A stretch of 64,000 bases of DNA, from contig CAWCLO010000010.1 in assembly GCA_963796455.1 (NCBI GenBank), positions 608,001 to 672,000 on the forward strand, read 5' to 3'. The translations under genes and the position numbers were made by a program. Within the stretch, counting starts at the first letter, position 1; every line of letters starts with the position of its first letter. Origin of the DNA: Candidatus Sulfomarinibacteraceae bacterium (lineage in GTDB: Bacteria > Acidobacteriota > Thermoanaerobaculia > Thermoanaerobaculales > Sulfomarinibacteraceae). The notes below the pieces were generated by a model that made no database searches, was not told the DNA's origin, and saw only the letters and a program-made list of their open reading frames with translations. Shown piece by piece: positions 1-10,210 of this stretch.

Positions 1-1886
1 ACACCGTCCTTGATGCCGGGTTTGAACCGGTACTTTTTGGCCGCCTCGACCACCGCCCCCGGGATTCCGAAACCCTCGTGATCTGCCCGCAGGACCTTGA
101 CCTCATCCACCTTGCCGTCGGCGTTCACCGTTGCCTGCACGATGACGATGCCCAGAATCTCCTGCGAGAGTCGAACGTTCTTCGGCCATTCCACCGGGTG
201 TTTTCTGATCACCACCGGCAGGGAATCGACCTCGGTAGGATCGACAAAGGCGTTTCTCGAGACTGTAACTGACGCAGCAACGGCCCTGGTTGGAGCGGCC
301 GTCGGGGCTGCGGTCGGCTGCGGACTGGGAGCGACAGCGGTCGCTTCCGGAGTCGGGTCCAAAGATGCGGCGACCGCGGTCTCCTCCTCGATCTCCGGTG
401 TGGCGGATTGAGCCGCAGCGGCCTGTTGGCGACCCTCTTCTTCGATCCGGAGACGTTCGGCCTCCAGTTCGGCCTCGCGTGTCTTCTGAGCTTCCTCCTC
501 GAGCGCGATCTGGCGCTGGAGTTCCTGTTGTCTTCGTTCTTCCTCCTGGGTCAACCGGCCCTGTTGGGCACGCCGTTCACTTTCGGAGAGTCGCCGTTGC
601 AGCTCCTCGATTTTGGCCTGCCGGTCACCAAGCTCCTGGCGGATCTCGTCTTCTTTGGCAGCCATCATTTCCGCCACAAGACCGGCTGCGAGCTCGCGCA
701 TTTTCTCATCCTGGGCCTCGCGCTGGGCGGCAATCTCGGCGCTTGTCGGGGTTGGCGGAGGGGGAGGGAGCTTTGGTTCGCGGTCCATGAATTTCACGAC
801 TCCGACCGTCGATGCCACCACGACCACTGCCGCAGCCGCAAGTCCGAGCCACAGATTTCGGCGGTCCACATCCTTGCTTGGGATCTCGATCGCTTCGACA
901 AATGGTTGGGTCTCCACCGCTGCGGCGAGGTACGGGGTGACATCGGTCTTTTGTTCGGCCGCTCGTTCGGCGTCCTCCGCTTCGATTTCCGCACGAAAGA
1001 GGCGGTCCATGAAGAGCGCGAGGTTGAAGGTCGTCGGGCTGTAGGCGCCGCCGTAAAGCAGGCGGTCGAGTTCCTTTTTGAATTCCGGCGCCGAGCTGAA
1101 TCGATCCTCCGGGCGGTCCGCGAGGGCACGCTGGAGGACCACTCGAATGTCCTCGGGCAGGGCCCGCTCTTCATCTCCAAGGTGACCGTCGATGATTGCC
1201 TGTGCGCGATCCTCGATCGAAGCAGGCAGGGCTGATCCCGTGAGCAGCTGAAATAGAATCGCCCCCAGAGAGTAGACGTCGCCCCGAGAACTCGGGGATC
1301 GGGTCTGCAACACCTCGGGTGCAAAATATGGATGGATCTGATCGGTCGATTCAGGATCGTCGATCAATGCCAAGAGCTGCTCACCGAAACCGAATCCCGA
1401 GACGACGCCTTCGCCATCATTGGTCACGAAGATCAAACCCGGATGAAGAAAACCATGCACGATTCGTTCACCGTCGATCTCTGTTGCACCGGCCGCCATC
1501 AAGGCGATGGAGATCTTTTCCAGAATCAGGAGAGCATTGTCGACCGGGACCGGGAATTGTTCGATCCTGGCGCGCTCGAAAACCAGACTCAGAAGCTGCG
1601 AGGGCTCGAATTTGGTTGTGATTGCGGGGGTGCCGTCGTCTACAACACACTCGAGGCGAGAAGCCACATTGGCCGACTGAATCTTCTCGGAGATGGCGAG
1701 GGCCCGATCAAATGCGGCCATGACCTCATCGGCCGGCACCGAGGGACCGTCCAGGACCCGCAGCCACACCGTCCGGCCGATGCCGCCGACGTCAAACTCA
1801 CCCGCGCGATAGAGATGGCCCAGTGAATCTGCGAAACACTCCTTGAACCGCAGAAATGAACCGAATGGTCGGTAGTCTTCGGACAT
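1..1886 (-). CDS. Degenerate Ser/Thr kinase-like domain + TM helix + coiled coil + Pro/Thr linker + TonB C-terminal domain (3' partial, runs off window)
   Basis: Hand-translated, absent from ORF track. GGAGG RBS then ATG at 1886 (MSEDYRPFGSFLRF). Kinase-like YFAPE and DVYSLGAILFQLLTG; TM LWLGLAAAAVVVVASTVGVV; TonB-C GIVIVQATVNANGKVDEVKVL..AVVEAAKKYRFKPG. Confidence 0.85.
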   Translation of the reverse strand, partial: MSEDYRPFGSFLRFKECFADSLGHLYRAGEFDVGGIGRTVWLRVLDGPSVPADEVMAAFDRALAISEKIQSANVASRLECVVDDGTPAITTKFEPSQLLSLVFERARIEQFPVPVDNALLILEKISIALMAAGATEIDGERIVHGFLHPGLIFVTNDGEGVVSGFGFGEQLLALIDDPESTDQIHPYFAPEVLQTRSPSSRGDVYSLGAILFQLLTGSALPASIEDRAQAIIDGHLGDEERALPEDIRVVLQRALADRPEDRFSSAPEFKKELDRLLYGGAYSPTTFNLALFMDRLFRAEIEAEDAERAAEQKTDVTPYLAAAVETQPFVEAIEIPSKDVDRRNLWLGLAAAAVVVVASTVGVVKFMDREPKLPPPPPTPTSAEIAAQREAQDEKMRELAAGLVAEMMAAKEDEIRQELGDRQAKIEELQRRLSESERRAQQGRLTQEEERRQQELQRQIALEEEAQKTREAELEAERLRIEEEGRQQAAAAQSATPEIEEETAVAASLDPTPEATAVAPSPQPTAAPTAAPTRAVAASVTVSRNAFVDPTEVDSLPVVIRKHPVEWPKNVRLSQEILGIVIVQATVNADGKVDEVKVLRADHEGFGIPGAVVEAAKKYRFKPGIKDG

Positions 1887-1972
1887 GGAACTCCTCCCGG
1901 CCCACCGAACTCACCGCGCGCCGACTGCCGGGGCAAAGCGCAAGCCCGCAGTGCTTGCCGTTCCGCCGGCGG

Positions 1973-1989
1973 TGCTCGATTCGCGCCAA
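1973..1989 (-). promoter_or_regulatory. Possible sigma54 -24/-12 element upstream of the pseudokinase-TonB gene
   Basis: TTGGCGCGAATCGAGCA has GG-N10-GC spacing, but the -12 half is GAGC rather than TTGC. Confidence 0.25.
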
Positions 1990-2079
1990 ACCGGCGGGTC
2001 CTTGTTCCTTACCACCCTCGAAACACAAACCGGTGAGAGAAGTGGGCTAGCCGAACGTACCACCATGGCGCGCAGGCGG

Positions 2080-3087
2080 TCAACGACGAGAGCTGAAGAG
2101 TCGTGCCACCGCCCGGTTGTGTTCTCCAAGAGTCTTGGAGAAAGCGTGACCGCCACCGGGTTTGGCAACAAAATAAAGATAGGACGTCGTATCGGGGTTC
2201 AGTGCTGCGGCGAGTGACGCGCGCCCCGGGGAATTGATTGGCCCCGGGGGGAGACCCGCGTAGCGGTAGGTGTTGTAGGGATCGTCGAACTCCCAATGGA
2301 CCCGGAGGAGTCGTCCCGACCACTGATCGTGGCGTTTCAACGCAAAGACCACGGTCGGGTCGCATTGCAGGAGCATGCCGCGGCGGAGACGATTTGCAAA
2401 GACCCCGGCAATCCGCCCGCGCTCCTCTTCGAGGGAGGTCTCGGCCTCGACCAGTGACGCCAGTGTCGTGATCTCCAATGCCGAGGCCCATAGATCGGTC
2501 CGGCCTCCGCTTTCCTCTCGCCACACTTCGGAGAACTGGTCCACCAGATGGCGGGCAACGGTCTCTGCCGGCACACCCACTGCAAAGCGATAGGTGTCAG
2601 GAAAGAAGAATCCTTCGAGCGACGGGGCTTCGGGAGCAATCGCAGCAACCCATTCGACGCGGTCAACCAGAGAGTCCCATTCGGCATCGCTTCCCACACC
2701 CAGATCGATGAACTGCTGTTTGATGGTTTCGGTGTCGGTGCCCTCGACGATTGTGACCGAGAACATCTCGACCTCGCCGTCGAGGATCCGTTCCAGCACA
2801 TCGACGGGCCGCACCGGTGCGCTAAAAACAAATCTCCCATAATGAATCGCTCGACCTCGCGCCCACCCACGAAGGTAGATGCGGCCGGCCATGGCCGAGG
2901 GAAGCAACTCGAGATCTTCGAGTTCGGACAATACTTGACGCGCCGATTGTCCTGGAGAAATCTCGATCTCGGCAGCCGTGGTCGAATGCGAACCCCAGAG
3001 AGCCTGATACCACCAACCGCCGACCGCTGCTGCGCCAAGCAGCGTCAGAACGGTGCCGACGATCACAACCCGAAACAGCGTCTTCAC
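2080..3087 (-). CDS. mltG: Endolytic transglycosylase MltG (YceG)
   Basis: N-terminal TM; EGFFFPDTY, LASLVEAE, LQCDPT and YNTYRYAGLPPGPINSPG motifs; GTG start with GGAG upstream. Confidence 0.93.
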   Translation of the reverse strand: MKTLFRVVIVGTVLTLLGAAAVGGWWYQALWGSHSTTAAEIEISPGQSARQVLSELEDLELLPSAMAGRIYLRGWARGRAIHYGRFVFSAPVRPVDVLERILDGEVEMFSVTIVEGTDTETIKQQFIDLGVGSDAEWDSLVDRVEWVAAIAPEAPSLEGFFFPDTYRFAVGVPAETVARHLVDQFSEVWREESGGRTDLWASALEITTLASLVEAETSLEEERGRIAGVFANRLRRGMLLQCDPTVVFALKRHDQWSGRLLRVHWEFDDPYNTYRYAGLPPGPINSPGRASLAAALNPDTTSYLYFVAKPGGGHAFSKTLGEHNRAVARLFSSRR

Positions 3088-3091
3088 GGTT

Positions 3092-3511
3092 TCAACACTC
3101 CGCCTTCGATCGGCGATCGAGGCCAGCGAAATACTCCTCGAGGAGGACCTGCGCTGCGATGTCGTCCACGGGCTTGTCGCTTGCTCTTCCGCAATCGCGG
3201 GCCCGTCGACGGGCCTCGTTCGTGGAGAGGAACTCGTTCTGGAGAACCGTCTCGACTCCGAGACCACAAAGGGTTTCGCATAGACGGAGGCTGCGACGCC
3301 CAGCATCACCCACCGAACCATCGGCACGGGCCGGCAACCCGAGCACGACGCAGCCGGCGTCATAGTCAGTCGCCGCGTCGGCGATTCGCCGGGCGGCCGC
3401 TTCCACACCCTCGTAGGGCACAACTTTCAAGGGAGAGACAACTCCGGTTTTCGGGTCGCCCACGGCCAGCCCCATCCTCCGACCTCCAGGATCCACCCCC
3501 AGGTATCGCAT
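3092..3511 (-). CDS. ruvX: RuvX/YqgF family nuclease
   Basis: MRYLGVDPGGRRMGLAVGD, VVLGLP, NEFLST, DDIAAQVLLE; ruvX-mltG synteny. The longer track ORF is an upstream extension through a repeat. Confidence 0.9.
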   Translation of the reverse strand: MRYLGVDPGGRRMGLAVGDPKTGVVSPLKVVPYEGVEAAARRIADAATDYDAGCVVLGLPARADGSVGDAGRRSLRLCETLCGLGVETVLQNEFLSTNEARRRARDCGRASDKPVDDIAAQVLLEEYFAGLDRRSKAEC

Positions 3512-3533
3512 CGGCCCATTGTACGGGGGCGGA

Positions 3534-3600
3534 GGGGAAAGGGGGAAAGGGGGAAAGGGGGAAAGGGGGAAAGGGGGAAAGGGAGAGAGGGAGAGAGGGA
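3534..3600. repeat. Polypurine octamer tandem repeat (GGGGGAAA x5, then GGGAGAGA x2)
   Basis: Read directly; lies between divergent ruvX and lptD. Confidence 0.95.
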
Positions 3601-3694
3601 GATGGGGCGGAAAAGGGGCGCGGTCGAGATCCGGGCGCGGCTTCTCGGCATAACGGATACAATGCGAACGGTCGGAGAGCTCGGCAGGAGGATC

Positions 3695-5827
3695 ATGAAC
3701 CACCGTCAGAACCCCATCACGAATGCCCGTTGCTGGGCTTTGCTCGTGGTAATGGTGCTGATGCTGCTGGCTGGTCGGGTCGCCGCCCAGGAGACCGAGG
3801 AGCGGGTCTTTCTTCGCGCCGACAATCAAAGCGCCACCGGCGAGACCTGGACCGGTGAAGGCAACGTGCACATTGTCTACCAGGATATCGAGATCCACTG
3901 CGATAAAGCGGAATACGACCGCTCCACCGGAGAGGTCGTCGTTCGCGGCAACGTCATCGTCGATCGCGGCCCGAGCCGCTTCACGGCCAATCTGGCTCAT
4001 TTCAATCTGGAGAGCAAGACCGGCGTTTTTTATGACGCATCGGCCTTTGTCGATCCGATGTACACCTTCAGCGGGCAAGAGATCGAAAAGATCGACGAAA
4101 CCCGATTCCGGCTCGAACGGGCCAGTTTCACCACCTGCGACATCGTCGACAAAAACCCTCCATGGAGCTTTCATTTCCGGAAGGCTCTGGTCAAAAAGGA
4201 GGGATTGGGACGATTCACCAGTACCGCGATGAAGATCCAGGGTGTGCCGGTTTTCTACATGCCGTACATGGTATGGCCGGTGAAACAGGAACGGGCGCTC
4301 GGTTTGCTCATGCCCCGCCTCGGCTACTCCAACCGGCGGGGCTTCAATATCGGTCTCCCTCTCTTTGTGCCTCTCGGTAGGAGTTATGACACGACGATCT
4401 TTGCCGACTACTACACCAAGGATTTCTTTGGTCTCGGAAACTCCTGGCGGTGGGCCCCGGTTGAAGGTGCCCGCGGCGAAATCGACCTCTACGGAGTTTG
4501 GGACCGTCCCAACGACGAGTTTCAGTGGCGGGTCCTGGGTTTTCACAAACAGGAGGACTTTCTCGGGTTTCAACTTCTGGCCCAGGTCGAGAATCTTTCG
4601 GACATCGATTTCTGGCAGGATTTCGACCGCACCTTCGACGCCACGACCCGCCGTGATCTTTATTCATTCCTTTACCTCACACGATCCTTCGGGCCCTATG
4701 CACTCAACCTCAGGGTCGACCACCGAAAGACCTTTCTGACCACCACCGATGTGGTGCTCAGCCAGATTCCCGAAGTCGAATTGCGGTCGGGCTCGACGGC
4801 GATCGCGGGCTCGCAGGTTTATCTCAATCTGATCGGTTCGCTCAACTATCTCTCCTCCGATCGTGGTGGTGACCTCAAAGGCCGCTATGGGAGAGCGGAC
4901 CTCTTTCCGACCGTGTCGTACACCTTGCCCGGGCCGACGTGGTTTTCAATCACACCCCGCCTTGGCGGCCGATTCACCTACTACACGGAACAGCTGACCG
5001 AAGACCGCAGATCCTTCGAAGATGATCCCCTCGGGCGCATCTATGCCACCGGGGCGGTGGACATCGTCGGCCCGTCGTTTTCAAGGGTTTTCGAAGGTGG
5101 CCTTGGAAGGTACGAAAAGGTCAAACACCTCATCGAGCCTCGGTTCGAGTATCGCTACCTCACGACCACCACCGATGTCAGCCGGATCCCGATCTTCGAC
5201 GAGGTCGATTCGACCCCGCGGGATGCCAATTTCATCCGGATGATTCTCGCCAACCGTCTCCTCGGCCGCTCCTCGGGCGGAGCCGGGACCCGAGAACTCG
5301 GATCGCTCGAGTTCAGCCAGGACTACTCCTTCGACCAGCCTCTCAATTTTGGCGAAGGCGGACAGACCAGCCGGCTTGGTCCCTTCGGGGCGTCCCTGCG
5401 GTTGACGCCGACCATGGGCACCGGCTTCGATGCCCGGGTCTTCTACGACCTCCTTACCAATAACTTCAGGTCGTTTTCTTTGGCCGCATCGGTACAGGAA
5501 CGCCTCGGCATGCTCAACCTGACCTGGTACGAGAGCTACAACCCGCGCAACGGGCAGCGCACTTCGTCCCAGGTGCGCAGTCTTATCGGTTTTCGCAAGG
5601 CCGGTTTCCCGCTCGACGTCACGGTGCAGCTCGCCTACGATATTGTCCGCTCCGAACTCGGAGACCAGCGCTACCGGATGGGGTGGCAGGGCAAGTGTTG
5701 GAACATCTCGGCTGAATACCGCGACACACGAATCGGCGCCTTTCCGACCCGCGAGTTTCTGATCGTGATCGGTCTCAAGGGCGTCGGTTCGTTGCCCGAG
5801 ATCAAGGGGAGCCTCGGCGGGTATTAG
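3695..5827 (+). CDS. lptD: LPS assembly outer-membrane protein LptD
   Basis: AGGAGG RBS; signal peptide; OstA-like N-domain; FTTCD..PPW; GVPVFYMPY; KHLIEPR; C-terminal barrel with KCW. Confidence 0.85.
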   Translation: MNHRQNPITNARCWALLVVMVLMLLAGRVAAQETEERVFLRADNQSATGETWTGEGNVHIVYQDIEIHCDKAEYDRSTGEVVVRGNVIVDRGPSRFTANLAHFNLESKTGVFYDASAFVDPMYTFSGQEIEKIDETRFRLERASFTTCDIVDKNPPWSFHFRKALVKKEGLGRFTSTAMKIQGVPVFYMPYMVWPVKQERALGLLMPRLGYSNRRGFNIGLPLFVPLGRSYDTTIFADYYTKDFFGLGNSWRWAPVEGARGEIDLYGVWDRPNDEFQWRVLGFHKQEDFLGFQLLAQVENLSDIDFWQDFDRTFDATTRRDLYSFLYLTRSFGPYALNLRVDHRKTFLTTTDVVLSQIPEVELRSGSTAIAGSQVYLNLIGSLNYLSSDRGGDLKGRYGRADLFPTVSYTLPGPTWFSITPRLGGRFTYYTEQLTEDRRSFEDDPLGRIYATGAVDIVGPSFSRVFEGGLGRYEKVKHLIEPRFEYRYLTTTTDVSRIPIFDEVDSTPRDANFIRMILANRLLGRSSGGAGTRELGSLEFSQDYSFDQPLNFGEGGQTSRLGPFGASLRLTPTMGTGFDARVFYDLLTNNFRSFSLAASVQERLGMLNLTWYESYNPRNGQRTSSQVRSLIGFRKAGFPLDVTVQLAYDIVRSELGDQRYRMGWQGKCWNISAEYRDTRIGAFPTREFLIVIGLKGVGSLPEIKGSLGGY

Positions 5828-5841
5828 GGCCCTTTGAGAAA

Positions 5842-5955
5842 GGGAGAAAGGGAGAAAGGGAGAAAGGGAGAAAGGGAGAAAGGGAGAAACCCGTGGCTCC
5901 TCGAATCTCGATGGCTCGTTCTCCCTTTCCCCCATGCGCCCCTTCACCCTTTCCT
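5842..5955. repeat. (GGGAGAAA)x6 array followed by a complementary pyrimidine tract
   Basis: Array at 5842-5889; TTCTCCCTTTCCCCC..CCCTTTCCT at 5919-5955. Confidence 0.85.
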
Positions 5956-6001
5956 GAGCAGGAAGATCGCGGAATTTTTTCGGTAGAAAGAAAAGGTGGG
6001 T

Positions 6002-6089
6002 TGGCGGAGGGAGTGGGATTCGAACCCACGGAGGCGTGAACCTCACCGGTTTTCAAGACCGGCGCCTTCGACCACTCGGCCATCCCTCC
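6002..6089 (-). tRNA. tRNA-Ser (anticodon TGA)
   Basis: GGAGGGATGGCCGAGTGG..CCGGT-CTTGAAA-ACCGG, long variable arm, GGTTCGAATCC, CCA end. Confidence 0.97.
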
Positions 6090-6203
6090 CCCGGTTCCCT
6101 ACTTTATACCGAATCAACCCGCGCCCGTGCCCGATTTTGCCGAGAGTTTTCGAGAAAGAAGCAGAATGGAGCGTGGAGTTTCTCCGCAGAGCGGTCTCAA
6201 CTG

Positions 6204-6232
6204 TTTACAGCTACCCGCCCTCCACGTACAAT
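6204..6232 (+). promoter_or_regulatory. sigma70-type promoter of tRNA-Ser(GCT)
   Basis: TTTACA-17 nt-TACAAT. Confidence 0.7.
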
Positions 6233-6246
6233 ACCTCTCCCGGTGC

Positions 6247-6338
<92 letters not shown>

Positions 6339-6401
6339 GGAGTTTTTTGCCGCCCTCGCCACCGATGGCGGTTTTTTTAACATCATCGTTTTGGGAGAAC
6401 C

Positions 6402-7856
6402 ATGACTGATCTGGTGAGAACCCGCATCGCCCCGAGCCCGACCGGGGACCCGCACGTCGGCACCGCCTATGTCGCCCTTTTCAATTACGCGCTGGCGCGT
6501 CAATCCGGCGGGGCCTTTGTCTTGCGGATCGAGGACACGGACCGCCAACGCAGCACGCCCGAAAGCGAGGCGATGATCCTCGAGGCCCTGTCGTGGCTCG
6601 GTCTCGAGTGGAACGAGGGGCCGGATATCGGCGGGCCGCACGGGCCCTATCGTCAGAGCGAACGCACAGAGATCTATCGTGAACACGTCGAACAGCTGGT
6701 GTCTTCGGGCGCCGCCTATCCTTGTTTCTGCACCCGCGAGCGCCTCGATGCCCTGCGGGCGGAGCAAAAGGCGGCCAAGACGCAGTTTGGATACGACGGC
6801 CTCTGCCGCTCGCTCGACGCCTCTGAAGCAAAGAATCGTTGCGAGAATGGTGAAGACCATGTCATTCGTCTGAAGATGCCGACCGAGGGCGAGACCATCG
6901 GGGTCGATCTTCTGCGCGGTGAGATCGCCATCGCCAACGCCCAGGTCGATGACCAGATCCTGCTGAAATCCGATGGCAACCCGACCTATCACCTCGCCAA
7001 CGTCGTCGATGACCATCTGATGGAGATCACCCACGTCATTCGAGCTGAAGAGTGGATTTCATCACTTCCCAAACATGTTCAGCTCTATCGGGCCTTTGGC
7101 TGGGAGCTTCCGGTCTTCTGTCATCTGCCGCTTCTGCGGAACGCCGACAAATCCAAGATTTCGAAGCGAAAAAACCCGGTCAGTCTTTCCCACTATAGGC
7201 AAGCCGGTTTTTTGGCCGAGGCGCTGCTCAACTATCTCGCCCTGATGGGTTGGACGATGCCCGACGAGCGCGACCAGTTCACCCTCGCGGAATTTGTCGA
7301 GAATTTCAAGCTCGAAGACATCAGCCTCGGCGGGCCGGTCTTCGATCAGGAGAAGCTGCGCTGGCTCAACGGCCGGTATATCCGCGACCTCGATGTCGGC
7401 GGTCTTTTTGACCGTCTGCAGCAGGTGCCCTTTTCGGATGAATATTTCCTGAGCATCCTTCCCCTGGTCCAGGAACGAATCGATACCTTGGCGGACTTCG
7501 CATCCTATGCCGGGTTCTTCTTTGTCAGCGACGTCGAGTACGAGGCGGCGGTGCTGCCAAAGATGGTGGCCAAGAACCACACCCCACCCCAGACTGCCAA
7601 GGCATTCCGGTTGCTGCTCGAGGAGGAGCTCGATTTGATCCTCGATTGGAACGCGGAGAGTGTCGAGGCGGCGCTGCGCGCCTTTTGTGAGGGCCACGAC
7701 TGGTCCCCCAAGGAGCTCTTCATGCCGGTGCGGATCGCCCTCACCGGGCGGACGGCCACGCCGCCATTGTTCGAAACGATGGCGGTCCTCGGCAAAGAGC
7801 GTTGCCGCTGGCGCTTGCGGCAGGCAATCGAGATGCTGCGAACGATGAAGGTGTAA
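6402..7856 (+). CDS. gltX: Glutamyl-tRNA synthetase
   Basis: [14 protein letters not shown] (HIGH-like), LRIEDTD, KISKR. Confidence 0.97.
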   Translation: MTDLVRTRIAPSPTGDPHVGTAYVALFNYALARQSGGAFVLRIEDTDRQRSTPESEAMILEALSWLGLEWNEGPDIGGPHGPYRQSERTEIYREHVEQLVSSGAAYPCFCTRERLDALRAEQKAAKTQFGYDGLCRSLDASEAKNRCENGEDHVIRLKMPTEGETIGVDLLRGEIAIANAQVDDQILLKSDGNPTYHLANVVDDHLMEITHVIRAEEWISSLPKHVQLYRAFGWELPVFCHLPLLRNADKSKISKRKNPVSLSHYRQAGFLAEALLNYLALMGWTMPDERDQFTLAEFVENFKLEDISLGGPVFDQEKLRWLNGRYIRDLDVGGLFDRLQQVPFSDEYFLSILPLVQERIDTLADFASYAGFFFVSDVEYEAAVLPKMVAKNHTPPQTAKAFRLLLEEELDLILDWNAESVEAALRAFCEGHDWSPKELFMPVRIALTGRTATPPLFETMAVLGKERCRWRLRQAIEMLRTMKV

Positions 7857-7858
7857 AC

Positions 7859-9544
7859 ATGAATGAAACCAACGACACCGATAGGCAGGACTTCATCCGC
7901 GAGATCATCCGCGAGGATCTTTCGAGCGGCAAGCACGAGACGATCACCACCCGCTTCCCGCCGGAACCCAACGGATACCTCCACATCGGCCACGCCAAGG
8001 CGATCTGCCTCAATTTCGGGATCGCAAAGGAGTTCTCGGGTCGTTGCCACCTCCGATTCGACGACACCAACCCGATCAAGGAGGAGCACGAGTACATCGA
8101 GGCCATCAAGAAGGATCTGAGCTGGCTCGGATTCGATTGGGGCGAGTACCTGTTTCACGCATCGGACTACTTCGAGACCTTGTACGAATGGGCCGAGCAC
8201 CTGATCACAAACGGTGCTGCCTATGTCGACGATCTCTCGGCGGAAGAGATCCGATCCAATCGCGGCACCCTCACCGAGCCGGGCACCGACAGCCCCTTTC
8301 GCAACCGTACCGTCGATGAGAATCTGGAGTTCTTTCGCGCCATGCGACGGGGCGAATACCCCGATGGTGCAAGGGTCCTTCGCGCCAAGATCGACATGGC
8401 CTCGGGCAATATCAATCTCCGCGACCCCGTGCTTTATCGGATTCTGCACGCCGAGCATCCGCGGACCGGCGACTCCTGGTGCATCTACCCGACCTATGAC
8501 TACGCCCACGGGCAGTCGGATGCCATCGAGCGCATCACCCACAGCCTGTGCACCCTCGAGTTCGAGGCCCACCGGCCGCTCTATGACTGGCTGCTCGACC
8601 ACCTCCCCGTGCCCTCTCACCCGCGTCAGATCGAGTTTGCGCGCTTCAATCTCTCCTATACCGTTTTATCGAAGCGCAAACTCCTGCTCCTGGTCAACGG
8701 CGGCCACGTCACCGGCTGGAATGACCCGCGGATGCCCACCCTGTCGGGGCTCCGGCGGCGTGGTTTTCCACCGGCTTCGATCCGCGAGTGTGTCGACCGT
8801 GTCGGTGTGGCCAAGCGGGACAGCGTGGTCGATCTCGCCTTCTTGGAACACTGCGTCCGGGCCGAACTCAACCAGACGGCTGAACGGAGAATGGGTGTTC
8901 TCCGACCGCTCAAGATCGTGATCGAAAACTACCCCGAAGGCCAGTCCGAGGAGCTTCCGGCGGTCAACAATCCCGAGGACGAAACAGCTGGGACCCGGCT
9001 GGTGCCATTTTCGCGTGAGCTCTTTATCGAGCGGGATGATTTCATGGAAGACCCACCAAAGAAGTTTTTCCGCCTCGCCCCCGGGCGCGAGGTCCGATTG
9101 CGCTACGCCTACTTCATCACCTGTCGTGAGGTCGTGAAGAATGCCGACGGCGAGATCGTCGAGCTCCGATGCACCTATGACCCGGAGACCCGTGGTGGTG
9201 ATTCCCCGGATGGGCGGAAGGTCAAAGCCACGCTGCACTGGGTCTCGGCAAAACACGCGGTGGCGGCAGAGGTCCGGCTTTACGACCACCTCTTCAACCG
9301 TCCGGACCCGGGCCGCGATGGTGATTTCCTCGACGACATCAATCCCGACTCCCTCGAAGTCATTGCTGATGCCCGGCTCGAACCCGCCCTGGCCGATGTG
9401 CCTGTTGGCGGGACGATCCAGTTCGAGCGGCTCGGTTACTTCTGCAAGGATCCCGATTCGACTGAAGGTCAGCCGGTTTTCAACCGCACCATCACCCTCC
9501 GTGATACCTGGGCGAAGATGCAGGCGAAGGGCAAGGGAAAGTAG
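7859..9544 (+). CDS. glnS: Glutaminyl-tRNA synthetase
   Basis: [40 protein letters not shown]. Confidence 0.97.
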   Translation: MNETNDTDRQDFIREIIREDLSSGKHETITTRFPPEPNGYLHIGHAKAICLNFGIAKEFSGRCHLRFDDTNPIKEEHEYIEAIKKDLSWLGFDWGEYLFHASDYFETLYEWAEHLITNGAAYVDDLSAEEIRSNRGTLTEPGTDSPFRNRTVDENLEFFRAMRRGEYPDGARVLRAKIDMASGNINLRDPVLYRILHAEHPRTGDSWCIYPTYDYAHGQSDAIERITHSLCTLEFEAHRPLYDWLLDHLPVPSHPRQIEFARFNLSYTVLSKRKLLLLVNGGHVTGWNDPRMPTLSGLRRRGFPPASIRECVDRVGVAKRDSVVDLAFLEHCVRAELNQTAERRMGVLRPLKIVIENYPEGQSEELPAVNNPEDETAGTRLVPFSRELFIERDDFMEDPPKKFFRLAPGREVRLRYAYFITCREVVKNADGEIVELRCTYDPETRGGDSPDGRKVKATLHWVSAKHAVAAEVRLYDHLFNRPDPGRDGDFLDDINPDSLEVIADARLEPALADVPVGGTIQFERLGYFCKDPDSTEGQPVFNRTITLRDTWAKMQAKGKGK

Positions 9545-9556
9545 GGCATCTTTGGA

Positions 9557-9591
9557 GAATTAGGAATTAGGAATTAGGAATTAGGAATTAG
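9557..9591. repeat. Heptamer tandem repeat (GAATTAG)x5
   Basis: Read directly, just after the glnS stop. Confidence 0.95.
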
Positions 9592-9634
9592 GACCAGCCC
9601 CGCCCATTTTGATTTGGGCAGAGGCTGGAAATCC

Positions 9635-9662
9635 AAAAGCCCCCGATGTCTCGGGGGCTTTT
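9635..9662. terminator. Bidirectional intrinsic terminator
   Basis: AAAAGCCCCCGA-TGTC-TCGGGGGCTTTT between convergent glnS and tRNA-Leu. Confidence 0.85.
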
Positions 9663-9668
9663 GAAAAA

Positions 9669-9753
9669 TGGTGCCGAAGGCCGGAATCGAACCGGCACGG
9701 ATCACTCCACACGGCCCTCAACCGTGCGCGTCTACCAATTCCGCCACTTCGGC
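9669..9753 (-). tRNA. tRNA-Leu (anticodon GAG)
   Basis: GCCGAAGTGGCGGAATTGGTAGACGC..CACGG-TTGAGGG-CCGTG..GGTTCGATTCC..CCA; follows secG as is common. Confidence 0.97.
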
Positions 9754-9796
9754 ACGAAGCGATTCTCGTCTCATACCCACCACCTGAGGGAACACC

Positions 9797-10210
9797 TCAG
9801 CCGTTCTCATCGGCTGGGGGTGGTACGTCTTCGATCTCGCCGGCAGCTTCTTCGCCGGCGGTTGCTTCATCGAGCGCTGGTGTCGTTTCTTCGGTCGCGA
9901 TCGGTTCTGCCACGTCTGCGGGCTGAGTCGTCGCCTCCGCAGGAACTGCGGGCGCGACACTCTCCATCACGGAGCTTCGCTGCTTGCCCGAAAGAATCGT
10001 CAGGGCAAGACAGAGCAGCACGAAGAGTATGAAGGCCCCCGTGGTCATGCGATGCATGATGTTGGTGTTGGTGCGGGGCCCAAAGGAGGTTTGCGATCCA
10101 CCACCGCCAAAAGCGCCGGCAAGATCCGCGCCCTTGCCCTGCTGGAGCAAGACCACCATGATCAGGAACAAACACACCAGAATGTACACGATAACGAGTA
10201 GAACAGTCAC
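9797..10210 (-). CDS. secG: Preprotein translocase subunit SecG
   Basis: VLLQQGKGADLAGAFGGGGSQTSFG, two TM helices; tpiA-secG-tRNA-Leu synteny. Confidence 0.95.
   Translation of the reverse strand: MTVLLVIVYILVCLFLIMVVLLQQGKGADLAGAFGGGGSQTSFGPRTNTNIMHRMTTGAFILFVLLCLALTILSGKQRSSVMESVAPAVPAEATTQPADVAEPIATEETTPALDEATAGEEAAGEIEDVPPPADENG

Noticed and set aside
408..1826. Plus-strand ORFs 408-1235 and 1332-1826
   Set aside because: Antisense shadows of the minus-strand pseudokinase-TonB gene.
3366..6083. ORFs containing PFPPFPLS/PFLPFSLS repeats (3366-3662, 5081-6046, 5802-6083 and the ruvX extension)
   Set aside because: Translations of non-coding purine repeats, tRNA or lptD antisense.
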